Shown here piece after piece: positions 38,400 to 51,599 of a DNA stretch of 64,000 nucleotides. A program made the position numbers and the translations under genes. The first letter of the stretch is position 1. Every line of letters starts with the position of its first letter. The stretch comes from Lama guanicoe (taxonomy: Eukaryota): contig MU053557.1 of NCBI GenBank assembly GCA_013239625.1, positions 1,557,063-1,621,062 on the forward strand. The letters run 5' to 3'. The notes beneath the pieces were generated by a model. That model ran no database searches and was not told the DNA's origin. It saw only the letters and a program-made list of their open reading frames with translations.

Positions 38400-39480
38400 A
38401 TTGTTTTAAGAAGTGTTTCTAAGCTTTTCTAGGTTCTGGAGATAGAGCAAGTTAACAACAAAAGTCCCTGCCTGTCTGGAATTTATGTTCTAGTGAGGAG
38501 AATCAGATAATAAACAAACAGGTAAATACAGAGTATGTCAAAGATTGGAAGCTCTGTGAAGAAATAAAAAAACAGGGCAAGGGGTAGAGAGAATTTGGAG
38601 ATGGGGAGGGTTGCTATTTAAATACAGAAGTCTAGAAAGCCCTCACTGGTAAGAAGATGGCATCCGGGTAGAGACTTGGAAGAAATAAGAGAATGAAGCA
38701 TGCAGCTGTCAGGAGAAAGGGTGGTCCATGTAGAGGCAAGAACAAAACTAAACCGCTTGTGACAGGTGCATGTTGGTGTGATCTAGGGGCAGTCAGGAGG
38801 CCTGCGTGGTTGGAGCTGAGTGAGCAAGTGCCGGAGGGGAACAGGAAATGAAGCAGAGTGGTAAGAGGAGAACAGTTTGCATAGGGCTTTGTAAGCCCTT
38901 GTAAAGAATTAGGCTTTTGCTTTCAGGGAGATGGGAAGCTCTTGGCGGGTCTTAAAAAAGGAAGTGGCATAAAACGATTTACACATTTAAAAAAGCATTC
39001 AGGTAATTATGTGAAAAGACTGACTGCAGAGATCTGAGCAGAAGCAGGGAGACAAAGGAAAAGGCTATTGCCAAAAAAGTTATGAGTTGGACCCAATGAC
39101 AGCAATAGAGATGGTGAGAATTAACTGTGTTGTCGACATGTGAAGAAGGTAGGGTTAAGATGTGCTCATGGACTGAAAGGAGACCAAGATGACTCCAAGG
39201 TTTACGACCTGAACAACTGGACCAATGGAGCCACCACTGATGGAAACGGGAAGATCTGTGGGAAGAGAGAATCTTGGGGAGAGGAGCCCAGGTTTGCACA
39301 CATCAGGCAGGAGCTGCCCGTCAGAGAGTTATGTGAGATCATTTAGGCAGTTGGTTTTATGGCAGAAACTTTGGGGAAGAGACCTGGGCTGGATACATCC
39401 AAGTGAGAGTCCAGGATGAGATTACCTGGGGAGAGAGAATTGACAGGAAAGTAGAGAAGTCCAAGGACTGTTGTCCAGGC
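38400..39480 (-). mobile_element. L2 (L2a-like) long fragment
   Basis: aagtccctgcctgtctggaatttatgttctagtgagg; gatgactccaaggtttacgacctgaacaactgg; gagaagtccaaggactg. Confidence 0.8.
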
Positions 39481-39499
39481 AACCCAGTCCATGATTCAT

Positions 39500-39660
39500 A
39501 AGATTATTCCACAAATATTCAACTCCTCCCACAGGCCAGAAATAGGAGATCAACAAGTGAGACTATTTCCCCATCCTTTCAATTTAGCCTGGTTTTGTGG
39601 CTTCCAATGACCAGTCGGATGGGATGCAAGCAGTAACCTGCTGGTCCTGAGCCTAAGCCC
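39500..39660 (+). mobile_element. MLT1 LTR 5' fragment
   Basis: tatttccccatcctttcaatttagcctggttttgtggcttccaatgaccagtcggatg...gtcctgagcctaagcc. Confidence 0.5.
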
Positions 39661-39730
39661 GCTGTACACCTGAAACACTGTAAATCAACTATACTTCAAT
39701 TAAAAAATAAAAAAACTAAACATTAAAAAA
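39661..39730 (+). mobile_element. LINE-1 extreme 3' end with A tail
   Basis: gctgtacacctgaaacactgtaaatcaactatacttcaattaaaaaataaaaaaa. Confidence 0.75.
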
Positions 39731-40138
39731 TTACATTTTGTGTCTTTCCAATTGTAAGACAATATATGCACTGCCGTTAAATAAAAAATAAGATCAAAAT
39801 GAAAGCTATGTAAGGGGGATGTTCATTGTGGCATTGATTCTGGGTGCAAAAAATTAGGATATGATCTCAATATCCACCAACCGGATAGAGTTAAATAAAC
39901 TATGAGAAATCATGCTGTGTAAAACAGAGGGCAATCCACATGTGATGACCTGGAAAATATCTCTGACGTATGAAATTTCAGACATATGACAAATGAAAAT
40001 TCAGATGAATATATGCATGTATGTATATGTAGATAAAAATGTATATGTATATAAACACAGATTTTTTTTATATATGTATATAAAAATCTTGAACTGCTAC
40101 TTTACTTCTGAGGAGGAAGGAACTTCACTTCTAAGTTG

Positions 40139-40163
40139 ATATATATATATATATATATATATA
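40139..40163. repeat. (AT)n microsatellite
   Basis: About 12 AT units. Confidence 0.95.
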
Positions 40164-41227
40164 GTAAACTGTTGGCAATTATAACTTTTTTTTCATTATT
40201 TTTCCAGTAGCAAATTTGTACACAAGACTGACAACTGAACTTCCTTTTGGCTGTTCTAGTTTAGCCAGTCGATAATTCTTTGTAACCACCTTTGAAAAAA
40301 TCCAGGAGAGACTTTAATTTTAAGGAACTGCCCGCCTAAGTCATCTGAGTCAAGCAGCATAAAACGTAAGTGAAAAACCTGACTCGGAAAATAAGCCCAG
40401 GTTGTTTCAGAATAAAAGGAGAAAAGCATCTACAAGTAACTTACATTTCAACCAAGAACCGAAGTTCTTAATTTCAAGAAATACAAAGCTGCCTGTGTAC
40501 TAATTACCACGCATTGAATTCCTCCAAATGCAGATCTATTACATGTTTGAGTTCAGACATGAAATAGAGAAATAGGGGGAGGAGGAGGATACGGCTACAA
40601 GCTGTTTTCCTCCCTCCTTCCACAAACAATAATTTGAGTGTGATAAGGATTTGCAAGACAAACACCAAGCTGCATAGGGCTTTGTGTTTTGAAGCCAAAG
40701 CTTGAAAATCCATTTAAGCAACTATCTTTCTGCCTGCCGAGATAAACAGGTTCTAAGTAACCTGTATAAATCTCCAAACCATGGACGAAAATAACCCCCA
40801 ATTTTTTTCTTTATTTGGCCCCAGTTAAAGTTCAATGTGGGGGATTTATAATCCCCATCTAAACAGGGCATCTACAATTTGTAGCCTGACATAAATAGCC
40901 AGCTCTAATGCTGTAAAAGGACAAGAAGGGTCAATTCCATATATTTATACAGAAAGGACAATGATACCCACATTCAGGACTCCACCATGACAGCGCTTAC
41001 TAAAAGGCCACAGGAGGTGGCTGGCATTTTGCCTCTCCAGCATCCATTCTTCCTGTCTACTATCACTGTATCACTGCATGGAGAATTACTTCTTCCCCAT
41101 GGGTGTCGTACTGGGGAAACAATTTCAGTAAGCCACTTTCAGTGACAGAAGGAAAAGGTCAGGTCCTCCCCAGCCCTGCCCCAGTTAGCCGGAGGGTGAG
41201 CACCTGACCTAAGTTCTGCCAACAAAC

Positions 41228-41883
41228 TGCCCGGCAGGTTCTGAAACTGCTGCCTCTCAACTCCAAACTCACTTCTCTACCCTGCTTGGTGATGCTGGAC
41301 CTGGGGTTCTGTGGACCATATTTCTCCATTCTCAGGTGGCTTCTGGTGTTCTGCCAATGGGGAAACTGGAAACAGGAGGAGAAGAAAAGCAACTGTTCCT
41401 TCCCATTTGCTGGTTTTCCTTCCGGTGTCACCCAGCTGCTCTTCTTCACCCCGGCAGCCATAATTCATTCTGACAGCAACGGTTTCCAGCTTCTTTCCAC
41501 AGTCCTAGAACCATCCTCATCTCACTCCCTCAAAGGTACCAGCCAGGCAGTACTTGCTCATCCAAGGTCAGAGCCCCAGCCCTGTGGGGATGCTCTCCCA
41601 ACCCCTGAGATAGCAGCAGAGGCTGGCTAGTGCCCTGCCTTTAGAGGCCTGAGGTTCAGCTTCTCCATGCATCTTCTCCATGCATCTTCTCCGAGCTTTG
41701 AGATGCGGATAGCTTCATTCCTAGCATAGTAGCTTCTTCCTGCAGTTGCTAAATCCACGTTGCCTTGGTGTTCATTTTCACTACTGCATTCCTCCAACCT
41801 CTGCTTAACCAATCCCTACACTAAAGTCTTTCTTAAAATAACTAGCCTGGTTTTGTTTTCCTTACTAGCCCCTGATTGTTTCA
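41228..41883 (+). mobile_element. ERVL LTR, LTR41-like, nested in an MLT1 LTR (flanks ~41010-41227 and ~41884-42175)
   Basis: aaactgctgcctctcaactccaaactcacttctctaccctgcttggtgatgctgg and gttctgccaatgggg resemble the LTR41 5' part; 3' part tcctgcagttgctaa...cctgattgtttca. Confidence 0.7.
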
Positions 41884-42954
41884 GGCACTCTCGCCCAGGA
41901 TACTGGCCCCTGGAGCACGGGTTGGAGGTTTCCACTGCAAAGTGGACGTGGCTGTAAAGTGGTCTTGACTCCATTTTTCTTGTGATAGAACCACTGCTTT
42001 GCTTACTCTTTCCAAGTCCTCCACTCCTCTCTCTGTTTCTGTTCATCCTCAAGCCTGATCCTCCAACCTCCTTTGGATTCTGTAAGCCCACTGGAAATCT
42101 TCCAAAAAATTCCTTTTTCTTAGCTTAGCTAAAATCAGTTTTTTGTTTCTTGTAAGAAAATAAGATGATACTAAGACACTAAACAGGAAAGTTTATGCAA
42201 ACATTTTAATTTGCTCCATCTTTCAGTTTATACGGATTCACTGAGCAGTGCACTTGGGACAGATGAAACCAATGCCAGGTACCCTGAGTACTTTATGTTT
42301 AAGCTTGAAAAACTGCCTTTAATTTCCGAAACCTTCCTAATAACATCACGTGGGCATGCACACATGCAAACAAATACACAAGGCACACCCAGCCCCAGCA
42401 TTACCAACCTCATACTGAAATATCCATCTAGGAATCATTTGTTCATTGATCATTGAGGTCACTCCTCTCACTTAACAGGTTCAGAGAGAAGATGAGATGG
42501 ATCCACGGTCATACAGTAAAAGCCACTATTATGACCCAGATTTCTCCAGTGTGCAGCCTACCCTCCATCCCACTTCTACCCCATCAGTCTGGGATCTGTG
42601 TTTTAGAAAGGGAAGTCTTACAAGATGAATATATACGGTGCACTGAGTACAGAATGGAGGAATTACAACCCTAGTCATTACAGAAACTGTTTTTAATCTA
42701 AGGGAATTCCATCCCCACATGTGAACGTCAGAAGGGAAAGAAAGCAGGAAACAAGCAAATCGTATTCCTGAGGTAACTGACAGGAATGCAGCAGGAAAGG
42801 AGACTTGGGTTCAATTCCTGACTCTTCCATTTACTTTTATTGTTTGATCTTGAACCTACTATATTACCACAGAGTCCCATTTTATCTTCTGTATGACAAA
42901 GATTAAAAAAACAAAAGCCTATTCTACTTCCCAGTTATTTTAACCATCAAATGC

Positions 42955-43360
42955 ACTCATTCAGCAAATATGTAGGCTAAGTACTATTTTAGGAGCTGGG
43001 AACAGAGCAGTGAACAAAACAAAACCCTCATCTTCTTAGGGCTTACATCTTAATAGAGCAAGGCAGACAGTGCACAAATAAGCTTATAAACAAACATGAC
43101 ATTTCAGACAACAATTAAACGCTATGGGAAAATTAAGCAGGGCAACCTGATAGAGTTCTTGGGCTCAGTGGGTCAGGAGGTCAGGAAAGGCTCTCTGAAG
43201 AGGGGATTCATGGGGTGATGAAAAAGAGAAGATCTAGAGGGGAAACAATCTAGGCAGAGGAAGAGTGCAGACGCCCTCATGTGGGAGCAAGTTTGGTGTC
43301 TGCAGCAATAGAAAGGAGGGCCAGTGCAGCTGGACCTGAGTGAGTGATGGGGACAGTGGG
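42955..43360 (-). mobile_element. L2 fragment
   Basis: cactcattcagcaaatat...gagctgggaacagagcagtgaacaaaac; gtcaggaaaggctctctgaagagg. Confidence 0.75.
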
Positions 43361-43664
43361 GTCAGGTTGACCCTATAGAAACAAAACTACTCACAATCCA
43401 TCAACTATTGGGACATACTTTAAGCCCTGCACTAAACCAACTGTTCTAGTCATTTCATTCTCTCACTTTATCATTTCAGCCTTTTATTACATACTTTTCT
43501 ATTAGTTCCCAATAGTCAATGACTTGCTGGTACTTCTACTTTAAATTTTCTGTGTTCTTCCTCACTTTCTGCCAAACAGGTGCACACACATTTCCTGTAA
43601 AGGGACTCTACGAGATTTTTCTGTTTTTAGGAAATAATCACAACAATTTATGTCTTGTGGGCCA

Positions 43665-43925
43665 GAGAGGCAGTATACTACAATCAGTAAGCTGTTGAGT
43701 TTGGGAATCAAGTCTTGGATTTGAAACCTATCTCTTCTAGAAAGTAGCCATATTCACCTGGGCAAGTTAATTGGCTCCTCTAAGACTTAGGTTTTCTTTT
43801 TTCCATGTACAAAACAGAGTTAAGGATATATAACTTATAGGGTTGTCATGAAAATTCTGTGAATGAATGTGTGTAAGGCACAGAGTTTAGCGCAGGGAAA
43901 AGCACTGGATGAATGCTAACTCTAG
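43665..43925 (+). mobile_element. MIR SINE
   Basis: gaggcagtatac...cctgggcaagttaattggctcctctaagacttaggtttt...tagggttgtcatgaa. Confidence 0.7.
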
Positions 43926-46309
43926 GTGCTCCCTTACACACAGATGTTCCTTCTTTCTTCTGATTATTCCTCCTGTTCCTTTAAGACTCAAGTCAGATGT
44001 CATCTTCTGCAAGGTGCTTTCCTTAGATTTCCAGGCTGAGTTAAGGGCCCACATTATTATGGCTTACCACTTATCACTTCATGACGAAATTTCCTATTTC
44101 TGTGTCTATCCCTCTATCCTATTAGCTTCTTGATGGCAAATAATGTGCTTTCTTCATCTCTGCACTACAAGCACAGAGCCAGAGCCAATATCTCACACAT
44201 AATAAATTCCCAACGTGCTTGATAAAGTCAATGGTGAATTCTTCTTGACCAGATAACCAGCCACAGATTAACGCTTTCTGACTTGGACATCTCAGTAGCT
44301 TTATGAAGAGAGCAGCTCTTGCTGGGGCTTAGAGAAAGGAAGAGAAAAGAAAACTTGACCATCTGGATAAGGAATGGCTTTAATCTGTTGTTTGTAACTC
44401 AAGGCATGTACATAAATGCACCGTTTTCGGAATTGTATAACATTAACTGTTTCTGTTAACCCAAAGGAGTAACTCTGAGATTGCTCCAAAGCTGGGTTAC
44501 TCTATCACTGAAGGAAGAAACAGAATCTTTTAAAAGAGGAAATTAAAAAGAAAGAATTCACCTAATCGCCAGAGGCTGTTTAAAATCTGAATTTTCAAAA
44601 TCATCCAGAAAACAATTAAATGTCTTTAGTATTTTAGCTTTCTTGGAAATGAGACTTCTAACTATTCTCTCAAGTATCCATTGACTGTACACAACAAAAA
44701 AAGTCCCCACTATAATGGAGAAGACAGTATCTCTTGGGAGGAGTATTATTTTGGCTCTAAGGATTCATCTGAGAACCTTGGGTTCAAACTACCACGACTC
44801 GACATGGAGGTGACAGTCGCAGAGAAAGCCAGGAGGAACAGTACCCTCTGGAATTCTGCACTGTAGCCCTCCTCCTCTTGGCCCATTCCCTCCCACGCCC
44901 TCTGTTTCCAGAGATAAAGAGTCCTGTAATCTCAAAACTGCATCAGGTATGAGAACTCATGCTCCTGTGAGAAAAATATGGTCTTTTTTTTTTTAACCCA
45001 AACATAATGGAAATTGGTTGGAAAGGCAGGAGATGCAAATGTCTACCTATTTATGGAAACGGTGCATCTTCACTGTGAAACTGCTTCCTTCGCCAAGAGC
45101 CAGGCATGCCCAAAGCTGAACAGTTACAAATGTCATGCTGTCTCCTGTGAGGTTGTTACATTCTTATGTCCTCCCTCGCAGAAGGGAAAATGCAAAAACA
45201 CATTCTCAATCCTCCTCACCTGAGCCTGGAAGCAGCTTTCCGTAGTAACTGAACTGAGGTAATCATATGTGGTTCACAAATTGATTCTGTCTATCAGCAA
45301 AAGGCTCATTTTTTAAAAAATGATTGATACCGGCTCAGGACAAAGACATCATTTTCTTTATCCCTCAACAAATAAATCTATCCTCATTACAAATGTCAGA
45401 GATTTGGGGGAAGAAATAGCAAAGACTAGAAAAAGAAAGACAAGGAAACAGGAAGGAAACACAGAGTGTATTATCAGGGAAAATACTATTTGATATTCTG
45501 CTGTGTCCCCAAAGACTAGTTACGAAAAACATGACAGATCTCCCTTTTGAATCCTCCTCCTCTGTCCTAAGACTCTTCTGTTCTGTTAACCTCTTTTCAC
45601 CCTCCTGGGCAACCCTAAAGAAACCAACAATAGATGAGATGCCTCCAGCTTCGGGGATTATCTCACTATTTTAGAGAGATGTGTTGTCTCCTAAATGTAA
45701 GCCATCAGGGTTTGTTTATTTATTTACTTTTAATCTTTAAGCTAAATGCCACGGGCCTGGAGCAGGGAAAACCGTCCAGAAATAATACAAAATAAACAGC
45801 CCAGACGGGTCGGTTAGTGCTCATCAGAGCAGACCCAGGTTCCACTGGTAATGTTCTTCCCGTCTGCTCTCAGAAACTCCATGCCTATCTCCCTGGAGAA
45901 AACACAAAACCTGTTGAACTGCAGTTACTGACTTGGGGATGGACTTTGGAGAAAGGGCTCCAGTTCTGTGTGTATCCTCTGCCTCCTCTTAAAAGTGCTC
46001 CCTCACCTACTCGAGACCCAGGCATTCATTTTGTCTTTCTTCATGCTTCTGTTGGATGCTGACCTCCCCCTTTCTTGAAATCTTACTATACATAGCCCTT
46101 AATCACACATTGTGCTGCATTCTGTTCTGGCTGTTTCACTGACCTGGCATTCCCAGCTGTCAGCTTCTGGAGGGCAGCAGCCATACATTTCTCCCCCACA
46201 GTTCCTAGTACTGAGCAAGCAAACCTACAGCTGCTCCAAAAGCACTTGTCCAGGGATCCACCTTTAGCTCTGACTTCCTCTTCTGCACCACTCCACAGTT
46301 ATTCAGGCT

Positions 46310-46650
46310 AGTTCATGAAATCTCAAACTCATGGCCCCCAGGGCTGCTCTGCAGACTTGCCTGGGGTTGGCTCATATTCGAGTTTCAGGAAAAAAAGAAC
46401 TGAATTGAATCAATTGCCAACATTTAAGAATCAGGACACTTTATATAACATTTGCTTTCTGGCTTCTCTTAAGAAATTAGATGATTTGACAGCCCTGGCC
46501 CCTTTCTGACCCAGCAGCAACTTGATGGAGCTGGTGGTAGCCACCGCTTTGCATGGGTCATGTTCTCAAACCCAGTGGCACTCAATTCCAGGCAGCTTTA
46601 CTTGTTTATTTCTTGGCTGGTTCAAAAGATAATATGAGTTGGACTGACAT
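46310..46650. mobile_element. hAT-Charlie MITE, MER102-like
   Basis: aattgccaacatttaagaatcaggacactttatataac...ggcttctcttaagaaattagatgatttgacagccctggcc. Confidence 0.65.
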
Positions 46651-46924
46651 CTGCTGTACAGGAAATTCAGATGATTCTCCCCAGAAGTCTGCCACTTTTA
46701 ATATCAGTATTAGCTATTTTGTCTAATACCAAGCCAATTATCTCACACTCTGGGAATGTGCTGGGGTTTTTTGTTTGTTTGTTTAGTTTTCCTTCCCTAT
46801 CTCAGTTGCTGACCTCACTACCCTAGTTACCCAAGACCAAAGCCCTTGAGTCTCTCTAGCTACACCCCCATTCCTCACTAAATCCTGTTCATTCCACACC
46901 AGAAGTATTTCCAAAATCCATCCC

Positions 46925-47454
46925 TGTGGAGCTGGTTGGAGCTCTCTGAAGCTGCTCAAAAGCCATAAAGCCCCCACTCCAGGGCTCTCTGTGTGGCTGG
47001 AGCCAACTAACACCTTTAATGTCCACTCCTCACTTTCGCACCCTCCACATACCTGCACTTCTGCAAGATAAAAAACATCTTCCCTTGATGTGTGTTTACT
47101 CTAACAAAACTAACCACCCCCAGGAAACGGCTAGTCTCACAATACCCTAGGGACAGGCCTCCTGCTTAGTCGTAAACCCCACCCATTATTCAGAGTAGCC
47201 CTGACAAGTCTTATCTCACTTACCAGTCAGGTACCTGTGCACAAGCTGATCGTGCAGATCCCTACTCCTTGTGTTCACAGCCCCTTCCCCCATGAAAGCC
47301 CCTGCACCCTCGTGCTCACATAGGCATCTCTTGTCTGTGTGGCTCGCTGTTGCCTGTAGGAGTGTACCTATTAAACTTTCCTTTGTTCTCAAACTTCTTT
47401 GTCTTTGGTAAATTCTTTTACCACCAGTACACTGGCCCACCATGTCCCGCAACA
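46925..47454 (+). mobile_element. ERV1-like solo LTR inserted in an L2
   Basis: TG...CA termini (tgtggag...ccgcaaca); perfect 5-bp TSD atccc (46920-46924 / 47455-47459); ATTAAA at 47370-47375; U5-like ggtaaattcttttaccacc. Confidence 0.88.
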
Positions 47455-49234
47455 ATCCCCTCCTTGCCATTTCTATACCCTGCTTTCCAGTCATCCCTCC
47501 TTATTATCTGGATCCCCTAACTTGCCTTCTATCCTTCAGTCTCTCCTCTTCAAATTCATTCTTCATGATCCACCAAGTGATACAGTTTTGAAACTGTCAC
47601 TCCTATTCTCAAAAACCCCCAAGTCCCCCATTGACTACAAAACCAAGTCTGAACTCCATGGCCTCCACCATTTGTCCTCAGTCTACCTTAAGATCAACCA
47701 GCCTTGTACCTTCCAGAATCAACTCCATCCCAGTCTTCAAAATGGCCCTGTGCCAGTTCACCCCAAGGCTGAGTTTTCAGGGGGTAAAGCCCTCTGGGGC
47801 AAACAGACCATTTAAAGACCTGGAGAAAGTAACTCACAGATGGCCCCTTCCTCCTCTCACGACGCAGTTCCGGACAGGGTGACTTAGGATGGGAAAGCTA
47901 CTTCCTGGGCGAAGAGAACCTTCTTGTGAGTTTTCTGAAGCAGGCACCTATCCTCCCCAAGCAAAACCAGCCCTTTCTGAGCTTCAGTTTCAGTCATTTC
48001 TCTGACTTGCGGGTCCCTCAGAACTCAATTTGGAGACTTCCAGTGGGAGAGAAAAATTATAGTTGATATCTTACTTTCAGAAAATAGAATGAGAGGTAAT
48101 GTGCCTTTTAGGAATCACACTAGTTATACCCTGATTTATATGTGTTCTGTTTCACTTCTAACAAGATTTGATTTTCAGTGGCCAAATTGTTAAGCACATG
48201 AAAAGTTTTTACAACTGGCTGAGGAAAATGTTGTTTTCAGGCCTCCCTTTCTTTGATCTCTATTTCTGTTAATGGGCTTAAAACTAATTAGAGTAAATTA
48301 ATTTCTGGAATAATAACAACTGCCAGGGAGTCACATACTAACACTTTATTCTTAGAGAGGAGAGCTTCCTGGGGGTCAGGAAGGACTTACAACTCCCTAA
48401 TGATCTATGGAAGGAAAGGAGGCTGGATTTGTATCAATTATTTTATTTATTTGTTCCAGAAACTTTTAATGAATTTAAGGGAAACAAATCACATATCTCA
48501 ATAAAAAATGATTACCATCTCTGAACTGTGTTCCAGTACCCACCCCTAACCCCACCACTGTGGTCACAAATGACTCATTAGGCTGGCTTTACAGTATTTG
48601 GGACAGTGAGAAAGCACCAAAGGAAATTGTGATGAGTAGTGCCCATTACTTATTCATGAGCATTTTTCTTTCATAGTTACCATTTGCAAACTACTTGGCT
48701 ATCATCAACATATGGGACTCCCAGAGAAACGTCTGTCTCACCAACTTGAAAGAACCAAAGTAGAGAACGCTGAGTCACCCTACCCAGAGGTGGGAATCCA
48801 ATCTTGGATTTTACCCTTAGTTTTCCTTGACCCAGTTTAAACAGCATGCCTTTGAATCATACTCCCTGCAGTCGAAATATCTCCACTTGGACAAACAATA
48901 TTGACATTTAAGGCTATGAATTCTCAACATTTCTCTACTGCAAATGGTTTAATGGCTGAAGAAACTGTCACGTCAATCTCACCTCCAACACCCCTCCTGA
49001 CCATATTCCATTCTGCTCATATACACAGTGAGAGACATACCACCAACCCATACTGCCCTTACCATCTCCTACCACCCCCTATCACTCTGAGCAGCTATGA
49101 TCAGCCCACACTGTTCTTACTTTCCCATCTCACCCCTCTCCTATTCATTCTCTGTATTACAGACTGAGTGACTTTTTCCCCACTACAACACAGGTCTTAC
49201 TATCACCATTATTGTCCCTCAAATTATATTATCG

Positions 49235-49760
49235 TAACTAAGGGATCAGCCAGGTCTTAATCACAAGCAAGAGAAACGAGTTCTGCCTAATTAAAGCAGA
49301 AAATGATGTGCTTAAATGGACGTTGGGGAGTTTCTATATTCTCTAAGAAATCTAGAGAAACACGTCTGAAGTTACATAGCCAGGAATCCCCTCTTCTCGG
49401 GGACAGTCTGATGAGGGTACACAGCATCCTCTGCCAAACAGGCCCTGCAGTTTGCACCGCTGGCATTTCTGGGGCAGATGCCAGAACTGCTGCCTCTAAG
49501 ATCACACACATCTGCCACCCTACACCACTTTCCCCAGAAAGAAGCGCACACTTGGCACTTCATTGCTCAATGTGATTCAGACTCAAAGCCTGTGTCAGAG
49601 GCATCCAGTTTGTGATGCCTCAGCCAGGAGCCCAAGCCCCACTGCACAGGGGGCTGGTCTTACCAGCTTCTAAATGGGCTCTGACTTCCAAGGTGGGAGA
49701 TTCCCCAAAAAAAGAAAAGGGATTCAGATATTGGGTGGCCAAATGTAATGACTAACGCTC
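49235..49760 (-). mobile_element. MaLR LTR, old MLT1 (K/L/N2-like)
   Basis: caagcaagagaaacgagttctgcctaattaaagcagaaaa; ggtgggagattccccaaa...ggattcagatattgggtggccaaa. Confidence 0.55.
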
Positions 49761-49899
49761 AATTCAGTATTATTTCTTTGGCACCTACTATATGCTAAAT
49801 ACTTTACAGACATTATTTTCATAATATTTCAGCAAAAGAGATATTTTTGTCCAGTTTATAAATTAGGAAATAAAATCCTGGACTTTCAGGGTCAAGGTC

Positions 49900-50462
49900 A
49901 CAAATGAAGAAAACATAAATGGAGTGCTCATTGGCTCGTAGAATTGAAATGTGAATTCCATGAGAGCAAGAGTTACTTGTTTCATACAGTGATGAATTTG
50001 TAACGCCTTTGGTTGTGCCCGGCATGGATCAGGCACTCAATGAAGCATCTGGATTTGGAGCTGAGAGACTGCATCCAGGGTCTAAAGACGTCTTTACAGG
50101 CCAGCATCATCCTACCTCTCTGCCCTGCACCATGGTTTACAGCCTACCAGGTTACATTTCCAAAGGCAAAAAATCTTCTCTTTCATCATGTCCCTCTGTA
50201 TACACCAGAATGAAGCCTCACTGTCCTGGACTAAGTCACATGCCATCTGTGAACTAGTCACTGACACCAAGGTAGTAGAATGATCAATTGACCAACCCTG
50301 GATCATGTAACCACTTCTGAACTTTTAAGAAAAGCAAACTGAACTATATGGACTAAAATAAAGGAAGGAGCACTTCCCAAAAATGAAGTCTGGGTCTTTT
50401 ACCATTATTAAAAACAGTAGAAATGACACTGAACAGGTAAAATCAACAAATGCCTACTGCAC
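49900..50462 (-). mobile_element. MaLR LTR, MLT1J-like
   Basis: gaactagtcactgacaccaagg...ctggatcatg; cacttcccaaaaatgaagtctggg...caacaaatgcctact. Confidence 0.55.
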
Positions 50463-50519
50463 AGAACACAGTTCTACACTGATACAACATTTTCAGCTTT
50501 TAACATTCTTAACTACCAA

Positions 50520-50690
50520 TTCTCTCCTTTGAACCTTCAAGGATGCCACTAGAACAACATAAGCTTTATCCTTACAGGGTAGGAAACTGAAACTGAAGAT
50601 CAGAGAAGGTAAGCGACTTGCCCAAGATCACACAGTAAGGCAGTAGTAGAGCCAGGACTTAAAGCCAGAGCTTCCATTTTTGCCCAGTGC
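50520..50690 (-). mobile_element. MIR SINE
   Basis: cagagaaggtaagcgacttgcccaagatcacacagtaaggcagtagtagagccaggactt. Confidence 0.8.
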
Positions 50691-51599
50691 CTGTCCTAGG
50701 CCCCAAGAATCTATGAAAATATGAGAATGGGGGGAATAAGTAGCCTTCTCAAGAGCAGACAGCCTCTGAACTGAGGAACCAGTGTTCAGGTAACACTTCT
50801 ATCATGACAATGTTTTATTTTCCTTAACATAATCCATGCAGTTAATTTAGCTCACCTTACTAGCTAAAGCAACGTCTTACTGCCTTCACCATCTGCAGCC
50901 ACAGTGCTGATTAGTGCCTTTCATGGCCTATTTAGGGGACTATGTTGTACATATTACCATGCCCTCTGTGTAATAAATTTGACATTTCAGATGGCAACAA
51001 ATGGCGAGAAAATTGGCCCCTTGAGACTAATAGCCCAGCAGCATTTACATGTAATTATTCTGTCCGAGAATTTAATTTTGTTGGGCACAAAAGTTATACC
51101 GCTGAGTGAAGAGACCCAGAACAGTGAACCCTAGACTCAAGAGGTAGACATCAGTGTGAGCAATGGATTCTGGAATATTCTTCCCAATACTTAAAGAGAA
51201 TTCCCCACGGCTGAGGGTATCTCTGTAACAAATTTACATAACGTTTTGCTCTGTGTGGCACTAATTATTCTGCAAATGTTGCAAGTGGGCTCTTTTCTGG
51301 TCCCCATGCTGTCATTTCTGTCATCGTTCCATAGCTCTGATTGTCTGCCTCCTGAGTTATGGGTCCTGAATTAACAACTTTCCCTGGATGTTTGCACTGC
51401 CCCTGCTCTTTCTGGTCAAAAGCCCTGTGATCCTGCTGGCTGAGGAGGGCAACCTGGTTACCGTTAGCTCCCTCCCTCTTTTCCTTGGACAAGTTAAGAG
51501 AATGAAGTCCAGGGAGATTCACCAACTCCGTCAGTGACACAGAGCTGGAAAAGGAGAGTGGAGGTTATCTGACTCTCTAGCTATCCCACTCCTATCTCT

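Noticed and set aside
47399..47815. 138-aa ORF
   Set aside because: Spans an LTR end and an L2 relic; repeat-derived chance frame
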